This document shows positions 37,701-49,028 of a stretch of DNA of 62,000 nt, piece by piece. The DNA lies in assembly GCF_932274485.2 (NCBI RefSeq), contig NC_065882.2:83638001-83700000 (forward strand), written 5' to 3'. Numbering within the stretch: the first letter of the stretch is position 1; every line of letters starts with the position of its first letter. The position numbers and the translations under genes were made by a program. The notes under the pieces were generated by a model that was given only the letters and a program-made list of their open reading frames with translations, was not told the DNA's origin and did not search any database.

Positions 37701-39384
37701 ATCAATTATTATTTCGATTACTTATTCCTCGTGACGATGACTTTACATTACAACTTGCTATTCCTGAACAATTGGCACACAATCTTATAAGTATTTATCA
37801 TGATGGTGTACTTAGTAGTCATCAGGGAATTACTAAGACCTACCTTACCATGAGAAAGGTTTTTTTTTTATACCTAACATGTTTCAAGTCATATCCAATT
37901 ACATTAGAACTTATATAGGCCTTGGCCCCTTGTTCAATCCATTTCAGTTTATTGAATAAAATATTGTTTAATCTAATTACATTACATCATGTCATCGATG
38001 CCAACAGTTCAAACCCATGACAGATTCATTAAGAATTTATCATCCCAGAATATCAAACGAATGCCGCAATTTTGATAGAATGTGCTTGGATTTTAAATCA
38101 ATGCCTGTTACTCGTCATTTATTAGTTGCTTGTGACGAACTTATTAGATTTATGATATGTATTCCTCTTCAGAGTTTAGATGCTGAAACAATTGCCGAAG
38201 CAATTATTTGGAAAAAAGTGTGCATATTTGGACCGCCAAGTTTACTTATTACTGATGCACAATCATCTTTGACAGGAAGTTTAGTTAAGTCTTTATGTTA
38301 TGCTTTACAAATTAATCATAAATTAATTAGTGTAGCTAATCATGGAAGTTTACTCGTAGAACGTCATATACGCTCTATATCTGACTTACTAAAGTATAAT
38401 CTGAACCAGTATGGAACAGACTGGGTTCGTTTTGTCTCAACCAGTACATATGCGTACAACCCTTTTTCATCAGCTCATTCAGGTAATTTTAGTCCATATG
38501 AACTAGCTTTTGGAAAAGCTCCTCGTAATTTAACTAATATTGTATGGAGTTATGATAATAATGTATCTCATTCCTATAGTGACTATTTCAAGCATTTAAA
38601 GCAAAAGTTTGCCAATATTTCAAATATTGTATTGGATTTACAAAGAAGGAAACAACAGTTACAAAATGATAGCATATCCCATTCAATTAGTAAAAACCCT
38701 ATATATAGTCTAGGACAGTTTGTATATGTTCTTAAACCTTCATCTTCTAATCTCCCATCCAATAGTAAAAAGATTCGTGCAGATTGGTGTTGACCTCTTA
38801 TCAGATATTTTATATTAGCGACATTACAAGGCAAAGTTCTTCCTGATGTGTATAGTATTAATAGATTGAAACCCTGTTTCATTAGAGCAAATAACCCAAC
38901 TAAGACCTTTTCTCATATAAATAACTTAAAGTCTTAATTAAGTAAAGAGAGTAATAATAATTCAACACCATTAGATAGTATAGAGAATAGTTGTCAATTT
39001 ACAGTTGTGCACGGTAATTTTTTGCCAGAATATGATGATTCTTCTATTTTGTATAATAGATTTACTAGTCCAATAAATATGGATTCGTTAATTCAGAATA
39101 GTCATTCAAATCTTAACATTGCTTGTATGAGTATTTTAAAAGAATCTCAACTTCAAAGTCAATTGCTTTATATGCAAGATGTAGAGATAAATAGAAATAT
39201 TTATATTAAGAAAGGTCGTTTTAAGTATGGCAATTTACAGTTATTAATTAATTTTGATATGAATGATCCTAAGATTTCAGAGTGGATTGATGTAAGAAAT
39301 GATAAGATGTTATGTGATATTGCTGAAAATCTTATTGAGAATAATCAACTTAATATTGTTGGTAATCCTTGTCAATTTTTTTAA
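34723..39384 (+). pseudogene. pol: Gypsy pol (protease, RT, RNase H, integrase, C-terminal extension) with multiple stops and frameshifts
   Basis: LVDSGSTKSLI; SPVLVLPK..RVVVDFRYLN, IDLKSAFF, HHDDII; YSVTELELFGI, YTDHSAI; HQG..CHRCQ, LDFKSMP, ITDAQS, VERHIRSI. Confidence 0.9.
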
Positions 39385-39861
39385 AGTGATAATTTTGTGA
39401 ATAATCTTATGTGTTGTAGATCTTTTACTTTGTTAAAAGTCATAATTATATGTTCTTTTGAATTTTTCTCTACACACTATTGTATGTTATTAATTTGCTT
39501 GATTATTGAATAGATCTTTGTAATACTTATAGTTCTATTTTGTTCATTAGGTCATAATTATTATGTCAAATGATTGAGCTTATTATTATTATTATATTGT
39601 ATTACTACAAGATAAGCATTGAAATACATCTTATTATCTTTTTATAATAATATTGATTTAATTAGTCGTCCTTAATTTTTTTTCTTGAATAGCAAAAAAC
39701 CCCAACAGAATGTTCAAATATTGAGATTTAAGTAATACTCATTTTTTTTGCCTTTAGTATGAATGCGTGAAAGAATGTTTGGTACTTTAATATTTAATAT
39801 TTTTTTCATAATGTATATCCCTTATTTTGTTTTCGAGGAAGCCTTTTTTTAATAGGCGGGA

Positions 39862-40086
39862 TGTCGTATAATTACTGTTATATGTAGTTCGTTCCAACAA
39901 TATTGGAGTTCATTCCCATTTGTTCATTCTTGTTGTTAGAGTTATTTCCCGTTGTTAATAAATGACCTTGACCCTTCTGGTGATAGGTGAAGCTAAAGAT
40001 GGACGTTATTCGTTACTAGTTTAGAAGATGGTAATGGAATCCATGACCATCGACACAACACCCCATTAACCGATCCCAACACCACA
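39862..40086 (+). repeat. 3' LTR (225 bp)
   Basis: TGTCGTATAATT...AACACCACA, preceded by AATAGGCGGGA. Confidence 0.93.
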
Positions 40087-41054
40087 ATAGGGAGATGCGT
40101 ATTTAATTGGGTGTTGTTATTTATCACATAATTGAAATTAAATGGGATTTAACCTCCTACTGTGCTCAGGAAGACGGGCATACAGCGTGCTTTGAGGGGA
40201 AACTCGTATATCGAATTCCAACTGTCAATCGTTCTGTTACTGGTGGGACCTCGATGTTTCGTCCCACCCGAGGTTAGCGAGCTAACGTCTCACCCACTCA
40301 GCCTTCGTTTGACGATAAAACATAAGGAATATAACCATCGAGAATGCTAACAGTTAAAGCACTGCAATGGCTATCGAATCGTGGCGCACGAAAATAAGTT
40401 ATTTCATTGTTTTTAAGCTCACTAGAAGCTTTAAAACAATGACAGAAAACTAGCAAAGTTACCCCCCCCCCCACACACACACACACCTTTCACTGAATCT
40501 GAATCGGACATAATCGTCACCTCTGAAGGGTCCACAAACATGTACATCTTTCACATTTTACTTAAAAGGCAGGGGGCATAGCTAGGCCTCAGAAGGTCCA
40601 GTGCGCACCACAATTGAAGACATCAAAAATGTTTTGATCCTTAACGTATATTCGGGCGTATAAAAGATACATATCTAGATTCGGATAATCTGGCAATCAA
40701 GCAGTTAAGGAACAGTTTTGATAATTGATATGAACGTTACGGACAAAAGCACCAAATTTGCCATAAATTAAATACTGCCTACTAACTTGATAGGCACCAA
40801 TTCCTTCAAATATGGCATGGCGGCCATCAAATGCACCACTTCCTCCAAATATGGTATTTCGGTCATCTTGTATGTTGAAGACGTATGTATTTCAGCTTCT
40901 AAACCACTCAGGGTCAAAATCTTAATTTTCAGGGAAGTGGTGCTTTTCTAGATGATATAACGGTATTAAATGTTTAGAAGATGAGATCTTGATATATATG
41001 TGTTTTTGCATATCAGAAATCTTAAAAATTCAATATGGCCACCATAATAATATA

Positions 41055-41761
41055 TACTCTTGAAAAAAAAAGTAGGGGATATTGAAATGCAAATACCTTT
41101 GCAGGTTGTGATAGGATAAATAGTCATGGACACTTGACATGCTTTGAGAGTATGTTCACAGATGAAGAATTTATCGCCCCAACAGAACCACTGAGCTGCA
41201 CATGCGAAACGCAATAGTGCCATACACTTGGAAGGGGTTCATTGTCAAATTTGACACTTCAAGGAAGGGTTGATGAAAACTGCCGCGTGCTGGTTTATCT
41301 ATCCATGTTTGCTTTCCTATCGGTTCTTGCATAAGATTTACTGTTTAGCGTATCTTTGATTTAGTGTGTTACGTTTAATGTGATCGGGAGACGTGTTCGT
41401 CAACGTCAGCCGACAACACTGCAAGAATTGGCCGTGGCACTGCAAGATGAGTGGGTAAGATTGCCCCAAATCGTGATTGGACGGTTGATTAGGAGCATGC
41501 CACGACGAATTGCTGAATGTCTGAGGATTGGTGGAACTATTACTCATTATTAAGACAAAAATCAAAAACGTCCATTTTCACTTTTGACGGCGTATCTCTT
41601 TGCGAGTGAAATGGGGCCGTCAGATAAGCCGCCCATATGAACTGTTTATGTTCATGTGTAGGCAATTGGCCTGGTATAAACATACACTGGTTACCTCTAA
41701 CAGTAGTTCATTTCCGCAGTTTTGCATTGTTTCTGAATATCCCCTACTTTTGTGAAGAGTA
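41055..41761 (+). mobile_element. Internally deleted Tc1 element of a second family
   Basis: Imperfect TIRs TACTCTT..AAAAGTAGGGGATATT with TA flanks; retains transposase C-terminus GRRVRQRQPTTLQELAVALQDEWVRLPQ...SMPRRIAEC...THY* (41383-41553). Confidence 0.85.
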
Positions 41762-41775
41762 TATATAGTACTCAC

Positions 41776-41892
41776 TGTGTGTACTGTACTGTTCACATTG
41801 GTCACCATGGAAATAACCTATGTCGTCATATGGACAAGTAGAACTTTGATAAAAACACAATCCACCATTGAGAACTGACGGGTAACATGGCG
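41776..41892 (-). CDS. Poly-EGF gene, EGF exon 10 (4-Cys variant)
   Basis: 117 nt, phase 1-1; PCYPSVLNGGLCFYQSSTCPYDDIGYFHGDQCEQ. Confidence 0.8.
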
Positions 41893-41916
41893 CTGTGGAT
41901 AAAAGGAATCGGTAGG

Positions 41917-42246
41917 TGAATGAAATGGGGTTTAACGTCATACTGTTCTGCACCGACTGGGTTGATGATGTGAGTTAAATTGTGCCTGAACAGCGGCGTC
42001 ACGACCTACTCTTATTTCAAATAACAACTGTCAAGGGTTCTTAGCGCGTACACATGAACAGGTTTTCGTATTATCCGCACGACAATTCGTTGTCCCTTGT
42101 CGAGCCCTCTGTCCTGTACCACTGACAAAGAGGAAATCATGCCGGAAAATCGCGATGAATTTTCTCGGCAGATCAGTCTACCGGGATAGAACACGAGAAC
42201 TCCAGGTTAGAGAACATACGTTTTACTCACTGAGCCACCGCAACTC
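41917..42246 (-). mobile_element. SINE family A, diverged copy
   Basis: Tail, core and tRNA head recognisable. Confidence 0.7.
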
Positions 42247-42284
42247 CAGAATCAGTAGGTGGCTTGCACGGCTTTAACTAACAT

Positions 42285-42664
42285 TTAATGGGGCATTATG
42301 GGAGATTAAATAAAGAGTTGATAGTTCTCGCTATAATAGATACAAAGAAGATACTGTAAACAGATTATGCTGAAAATTTCTGTCAAATTGATCCACTATG
42401 AACCGAGATATTCGCTTTTGAAGTTCAGGCGAGCCTCGATCATCAATACTAAAGTCGGTACGATAAAAAAAAGTCTCGATTATCCATTTTAACGTTTAAT
42501 TATTTTTCAAAAAATGTATTTCAATCCGCTAAATATCGCAAGCTAGAGATGGCATCGAGAATTGATTATGGTCTGGATAAATTAAGTAATGTCTTAGACA
42601 ATATTTCAGGCCTAACGACAGACCTGCTATAGGCAGATTTAGCTCTTGTATAATGTGTGTTTAA
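42285..42664. mobile_element. TTAA-flanked non-autonomous element, same family as 18770-19156, opposite orientation
   Basis: Reverse-complement similarity, TTAA ends. Confidence 0.65.
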
Positions 42665-42789
42665 TACAAGATAAAACACCGCCTCAGTACACACAAACAG
42701 ACCAATTTGTAACCCGTAGTACCAATTTAAGGTTCCAAAGAATAGAGTTTTTCGCCCTTTAGACGAGTTTAACAAAGATTGAATACAAG

Positions 42790-43620
42790 TTAACACATCG
42801 CTCCATCATCCGCGAATCGTCAGACATGTCACTCTTAGTATCAACTATAATTTGATCAACTATCTACTGAATTTTGTCAAGACGATTTCGTTTGCTGCTT
42901 ATGCTCCTATTTATATAGATGGTTCTAAAGATAGTGATCGGGTAGCTTCTACTACCGTGACACAATCTGCGATTATTTCTGTTCACCTTCCACCAGCTAC
43001 TCCCATCTTTACAGCTGAACCCCAGGCCATTCTCCAGGCTTCGGAGTTCATTCAATCATCATCTAATTTAAAATATATATTTTTTATTGATTCTTTGCCC
43101 TCACTACAAGCAACAAATAACATACAACTTGATCATCCATATAGCAGATGTTTACTGTCTGTTACTAGCACACGAGTTCATCAGCATGGACATTGTCCTT
43201 TGCTGGCTCGCAGTCATATGGATATCAAAGGGAATGATGAAGCAGGCACGACTGCCAATTCTGCTTTAGATCTTCCAATATCCAAGTTTTTAACTCTTTG
43301 GGATCTTGCAGGTACAAATAACATTCATCACATTAAGCCCAACTCCTGTATGTCCAACAGGGGAGATGTGGTTGTTTTGTGTCACTCTCGAATAGGTGAT
43401 ACATTTTTAACACATATATTTTATCTTAAAGCGAGATCCTCAACCAGAATGTGAACATTGTCATGTTCCTATGACAGTTAAACAAATTTTGATTGAGTAC
43501 ACACATCTCAAGTGCATTAGATCTAAGTATTACCGTTGTCAGTCATTACATCAATTGTTTGCCCAACCGGGTCTATATTGTAAAGCGCTAGACTGTTTAA
43601 AAGAGACAATGTTTTAATTG
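42790..43620 (+). mobile_element. 3' fragment of an I/Nimb-group LINE (RNase H plus C-terminal Cys/His region), decayed
   Basis: IYIDGSK, FTAEPQAILQA, FFIDSL, HMDIKGNDEA (RNase H); RIGDTFLTH...CEHCHVPMTVKQIL. Confidence 0.8.
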
Positions 43621-43853
43621 TATATATTTTATTTTCTATGAAGCACGATGGGGGCAGTAATAGGATATATAGCGTGTGTAGTATACATTACACGTTAAAG
43701 ACTTGTTGATTGATGCGGGATTTCGCCAAGGATTATCAATACTTATGAATGCTTGACAAACATGAAATAGTGTGCAATGTTATTCAAAGTTTCGGTCTTC
43801 AATGTTGTGCTTATTATCATCAGATATTTTAGATTTACTTAACATATACTTAC

Positions 43854-43964
43854 GTGTAAATTCGAATTGGTCACATAGTTGTCCATAGTAATTCCCCGTG
43901 TTGTTTGATGTACAAAGACAGTAATGGCCGCCAATACACGTTCCATTATTCTGACAAGGACACT
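43854..43964 (-). CDS. Poly-EGF gene, EGF exon 9
   Basis: 111 nt, phase 1-1; CPCQNNGTCIGGHYCLCTSNNTGNYYGQLCDQ. Confidence 0.85.
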
Positions 43965-44665
43965 CTGTATGAATGCAAATGTTATATAAAATTAACAATT
44001 ATATCAGTTTAAAATACAGATGTGACGTCACCCTTTGATGTTGGCGTACCATTATTTCAAATAATCGTACGGGCAACTTGCCAATAGTACTTTATTCATA
44101 CCAGTGAGATATTGGACTAGTGTGACGTAAAAGCTCGTGCGGAGTGTCAGTATTTTAAGATGTTTAATGGTCTCGAGCTTACGACATTGCGTAATATATT
44201 GTAAAAACATTCGGGCCTACGGCCCTCATGTTGTTACAATATATTACTTAATGTCTCGCTCTCGACCATTAAACAATACTTAATGTTGGGTGTTGGTGTG
44301 TCGTGCGCGCACGCCTTTGTGACGGGGAGGGGGTGGGGGTGGCAGAGGTAATATTTCTAACCTTCGGTTTCTGTTTGCGTCGGTATATGACTATGTTGTG
44401 CGGAGTGAGTGAGTGGAGTGATTTAATATTGGGATTCTCTCAGTAGGAATTCTTACTGCTGACTCGGTACCTTACACGAGCAGCTGTATTTGACTAAATG
44501 CCAGGAAATGAAATGGGGTTTAACGACCTACTGTTCTGCTCCGACTGGCATAATGTAGACAGATCATGAAATGGAGAAACCACACAAACACAACGTGGTA
44601 AGGCAAAAACCTTGGATAGAAATCATGACAACATACTCAGATAAGAAGAAAATTCCATACGTTAC

Positions 44666-44764
44666 CTATGTATGTTTCACAGTTTGCTCCAGTGTATTCT
44701 TGGGTACAGAAACAAGTACTTCCATTTACACAAACACCCCCATTTAAACAACCACCGATACATT
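44666..44764 (-). CDS. Poly-EGF gene, EGF exon 8
   Basis: 99 nt, phase 1-1; CIGGCLNGGVCVNGSTCFCTQEYTGANCE. Confidence 0.85.
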
Positions 44765-44985
44765 CTAATAAATTATAAATATAACATTTAAACAAAAACC
44801 TACACATTCTAATAAATTATAAATATAACAATAAGTTCCATTTAAACAACCACCAACATATTCTAATAAATTATAAATATAAAAATAATATAACCCAATA
44901 ATATAAATTCCCGTTAAATAACCACCAACACATTCTAATAAATTATAAATATAACAATAAGTTCCATTTAAACAACCACCAGCAT
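44765..44985. repeat. Tandem copies of the acceptor and first codons of EGF exon 8
   Basis: Minus strand TATATTTATAATTTATTAG|AAT(G/A)TGT..GGT..TTTAAA repeated 3-4 times. Confidence 0.85.
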
Positions 44986-45388
44986 AGCCTATGATGGATG
45001 GCCCGTGACGTGACGTCACTTGGAGAAGGCATACTTGAACTTATAAAGGTCAGTCATCTAATACAGAGGTATAAGACGACTTTCACAGTACCTCCGTGAA
45101 ACAGATTGTATTGTTCACTCATATCCGAGTATCACAAAGCCCATACTGAAATACCGATGATGCAAATGAAATGAAGTTTAACGTCATACTTTGATGCACC
45201 GACGAAGACCTCGTTTTTGTCCCATCCGAACGACTAGGCAGACCCTCCGCCTAGTGACAAGGAGAGACCTTGGCTCCGCATAGATGTAAGTTGACGCACG
45301 CAACAATCTTTCCAGCATTATCTGCTCTCTGTGGTGAAAGTGGCAATAAATGCTTAGCAACACATTAGAACACTTATCTACGTGAGAC

Positions 45389-45437
<49 letters not shown>

Positions 45438-45740
45438 AAGTCTTAATCCTGTTATCCATATACGGGTTTTCGTCGCCTTTTGGTACACGTTATCGTCAGT
45501 TACATGGAAACGCTCCAATTACATTTATTTAGAGCAGCACAGTTTGAAGGAAAATTTGATGAAGTCCTTCAAAATCACTTCAGGTTGTAGAACGTAATTA
45601 ATCTCAAATATTACAGTTAACAAAATCACTGGAAATCAAAAAAAAGTATCTAACATCTTGCTCGACCCTTTTAATGAAAATCATACTAGTACCTGACACC
45701 TGTGAACAAGTCGGTCCCGATGAGGTAAGTATACTAGTAC

Positions 45741-45854
45741 CTTGCACCTGTGAACAAGTCGGTCCCGAGGTATAATGTGTTGCATTTGATTTACAGTAGC
45801 ACTCATTTCTGTATCCACACGTGCCGCCATTTTCACAAGATTCACTACACGTCT
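45741..45854 (-). CDS. Poly-EGF gene, EGF exon 7 (donor may lie 6 nt further, at 45735)
   Basis: 114 or 120 nt, phase 1-1; TCSESCENGGTCGYRNECYCKSNATHYTSGPTCSQ. Confidence 0.8.
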
Positions 45855-46259
45855 CTAAAAAATTATGTTAAATATCTGTATTAATATCAACGTTAAAGCA
45901 TAGAATAATACTCGAATTGAAATATTGGACCTACACATTGTACTATATTAATATAAACAACGTTAACTCATAGGTTAATACACTAATTTACATATCCGAC
46001 CTAAACATTGTACTATTTAAGGTGTATTATGTATAAGCTAAATCTGCCTATTGCAGGCCTTTATTTTTTTATATAAACTATTATTAAGACATTTATTTAC
46101 ATGTCAAACCCATTATGATGTGACGTCGCATGTAGAAGGCATCTGAACTTATAACTCTCTGTTGCCTCAAACCCAAACCCAAACGCTGACAGCAGAGTCG
46201 GATCGCCAAGGTGACATAAATCTACCATTTGGTGAACATAATTAATGTTGATAACTCAC

Positions 46260-46370
46260 TGGCTGTAAATGTGTCACAAGCCCGTCCTTCATATATCCCT
46301 GTTGAATTTGAATAACAACTGCAATAACCATAGTTACACACTCCATGAACACAGGCCGGGGTACATTGAT
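46260..46370 (-). CDS. Poly-EGF gene, EGF exon 6 (paralogous to exon 5)
   Basis: 111 nt, phase 1-1; QCTPACVHGVCNYGYCSCYSNSTGIYEGRACD. Confidence 0.85.
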
Positions 46371-46404
46371 CTATAAATAGTGGAAATAAAATATAGAACT
46401 ATAT

Positions 46405-46630
46405 CTGGTAGGACACCGGTGACGAACATAAATGATACAAACTGGGTTGACTAGCGCCCTCCACTGGTAGGACACCGGTGACGAACATAAATGATACAAA
46501 CTGGGTTGACTAGCTCCCTCCACTGGTAGGACACAGGTGACGAACATAAATGATACTAACTGGGCTGGCTGGAAGTAGCAAGGTGACGAACATAAATGAT
46601 ATAAACTTGGTAGACTAGCGCCCTCCACAA
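46405..46630. repeat. Tandem repeat, about 59-bp unit, about 4 copies, intronic; related unit at 48535-48610
   Basis: GGTGACGAACATAAATGATACAAACTGGGTTGACTAG.CCCTCCA units. Confidence 0.85.
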
Positions 46631-46695
46631 ATAAGGTCAACAAAGGAGCTCCCTTAACATTTTTGTGGGAACATAATTTAAATTTGACAACTCAC

Positions 46696-46824
46696 TATAA
46701 GGTGTAAAGGTATCACAAGTCGGTCCTTCATATCTTCCTGTTGAATTTGAATTACAGCTGCAATAAGTAGAGTTATAACCAAAGCTACGACACTCTCCAT
46801 CAACACAAGCTGGGATACATTGAA
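46696..46824 (-). CDS. Poly-EGF gene, EGF exon 5
   Basis: 129 nt, phase 1-1; QCIPACVDGECRSFGYNSTYCSCNSNSTGRYEGPTCD. Confidence 0.85.
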
Positions 46825-46958
46825 CTATAAATAGTGAGATGAAAATATAAAATAAACATATCCTTTCTTGAGGTTTGAAAACTTAAGGTTTTTCGTTTTG
46901 CATCTTTTAGCATCGTTTTTAAATTCCCAAAGAAAAATAAATTTAATCCGGGACTCAC

Positions 46959-47066
46959 CAGCCTGTTCACAATGCGAACCGCTGTAATCCCATTCGTTCG
47001 TGGATTTACATTGACAGGCACCACCCAGACAGGATCCACCATTATCACAGGCAGGATTACATGGAT
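46959..47066 (-). CDS. Poly-EGF gene, EGF exon 4
   Basis: 108 nt, phase 1-1; PCNPACDNGGSCLGGACQCKSTNEWDYSGSHCEQ. Confidence 0.85.
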
Positions 47067-47201
47067 CTAAAATACAAATTGACACTAGAAAGTAATAAAC
47101 TAAATGAAATAGCGGTTAACTTCCAATGGTTCTTCTCCGACTGGGCTAATGAAGTAGTGTGCTATAAGGAAACTTGGTTCTATGGCTTACTCTGTCCAGG
47201 A

Positions 47202-47740
47202 TTTTTGTCCCCCGCCTTTCGAAGAACGCAGGGGGCTATTAAAATGGGTGCGTCTGTCTGTCTGTCTGTCCGTCCGTCCGACTGTTCGTCACACATTTTG
47301 GGACACAATAACTCTCCTTCTAATTGAGCTAGAATGTTCAAACTTGGTATAGGCGTTTATTAGGTCGATACCTTGGTGGAGTTAGAAGATAAACATTTTC
47401 TGTATAGGGTAAGCAGAGGTAAGCAATTTGATTGGTTGATGCTTTGGGACACGATAACTTTAGTTCTAATTAAGTGAGAGTGATCAAACTTGGTGTATAG
47501 TTTCATTATATCATTACCTTGACTAATTTCGATATTGAACAATTTCTGCTGAGGCTAAGCTGAGTGATAAGTAATTTGATTGGTCAAGACTATGGAACAT
47601 AACAACTCTGCTTTTAATTGAGGTAGAATGTTCCAACTTGATGTTGATGTTCGTTAGGTTGATTCTATCTGATAGATTGTGATGAAACTTAGTGTATAGT
47701 TGATAATCAGTTTGATTGCTCGATATTTTTGAAAAAAGAT
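47202..47740 (+). mobile_element. Helentron-associated (HINE/DINE-1/pearl-like) non-autonomous element
   Basis: TTTT-GTCCCCCG...GGGGGC short inverted repeat, (GTCT)n(GTCC)n microsatellite, then degenerate ATAACT...AAACTTGG tandem units; right end uncertain. Confidence 0.6.
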
Positions 47741-48631
47741 AAACGTGCAATTAATTAATATGTGTCATCTTTTTATTTCGGGATTTTGGTGTGTGTGGGG
47801 GGAGGGGGGCATCCGCCTCACTATTGGCTTGTGAACACGGGGCCGCGGTTTTTCCTCCCATCCGAACGACAATACGCTGCCCAATGCTAGGCCCCCGTCC
47901 TAAGCCACTGACAAGGAGGAACTTTCTCTCAGCTAACACCGAGATTGAATATGGGACGGAACTTCTAGTTTAGCAAGCCAACGTCGTACTCTTTGAGCCA
48001 CCATGGCTCCCAAGTAATTTCACCCCGTTCGATCGATTCTAAAGTCATAATAGCGCAGTATTATCTTATAGTTGTGGGGGGGGGGGGGTGACTAGAGACT
48101 GAATAGCTGACCCAGACCAGCTTTTCTAACTTGTTCCATCCATACTAAGTCAGAAAAGCACCATAGTCGTAGTATCCATGTGGCTATTTTACCTATCGTA
48201 AGTCACTAGACAATCCCTCTCATTCCTGAAAAATTACCAAGCATTTTCCTTAAAGATGGATTTTTGTAAGATTTAAATAAAGCGCCGTCCATTCGTTCTA
48301 GAATAACAACAAAATAGATAATAAAAAATAAATATTGGAATTTTCAGTCAAAGTACCTTTTTTCAGAGCGAGGTGAGTAGTGTTTAAAGGTTTCACAATA
48401 TAGTCTCGATTACCCAATTGGCGATAATGTTTCAATCCATTGAAACCAAACTGGAATATCTTACAGGAATTCATCGGCTACCACCGGATGTCAGTAAGTC
48501 AGCCCAATAATAACTGGATTGACGGACTCACACCATTAGAAGGACTCGGGTGACGAACATACATGATAATAACTGTCCAGATTGACTGAGGCCCTCCACT
48601 GGAAGGACACGATTTGTGATCGTATAATTAC

Positions 48632-48745
48632 CTGTGGAAAACATGCTACAGTCTCCTGGATCGTAACCTCTAGAAGTTCCTTGACAATTACACCTACCAG
48701 TAACAGTACACTCACCGCCATTTTTACATGTTGGGTCACAGGGTA
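48632..48745 (-). CDS. Poly-EGF gene, EGF exon 3
   Basis: 114 nt, phase 1-1; PCDPTCKNGGECTVTGRCNCQGTSRGYDPGDCS. Confidence 0.85.
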
Positions 48746-48802
48746 CTGTTGATAAACAAAATATACCAATCAATAAAATTAATAAGGCAATAATATTGGG
48801 TT

Positions 48803-49028
48803 TGGGTGACCGAATGGTTAGCGCGTGCGCGTTGTATCATTAGGTCTGCCATTGAGTCAACTGGCGCGGTTTCGATTCCCCGGTTGTACATGACAAGGAG
48901 TAGGGTCGCCTGTCCAACCTCGTGGGTTTTCTCCGGGTCCTTCCACTGCTAAAGACCCCTACGCGCAAGCGAATTCTTGAAATAAAATTGAACCATATGT
49001 TAGTCCTGAAATGACCTCTCCCTCTCTC
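48803..49028 (+). mobile_element. SINE family B (V-domain)
   Basis: tRNA head, V core, CT tail; further copies near 13960, 20430, 20770, 21500, 24370 and 56865. Confidence 0.8.

Larger units (their letters stand above)
32379..40086 (+). mobile_element. Full-length decayed Ty3/Gypsy LTR retrotransposon in the last intron of the poly-EGF gene, antisense to it
   Basis: TG...CA LTRs, 4-bp TSD ATAG (32375-32378, 40087-40090), PBS, purine tract before the 3' LTR, domain order gag-PR-RT-RH-INT. Confidence 0.95.
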
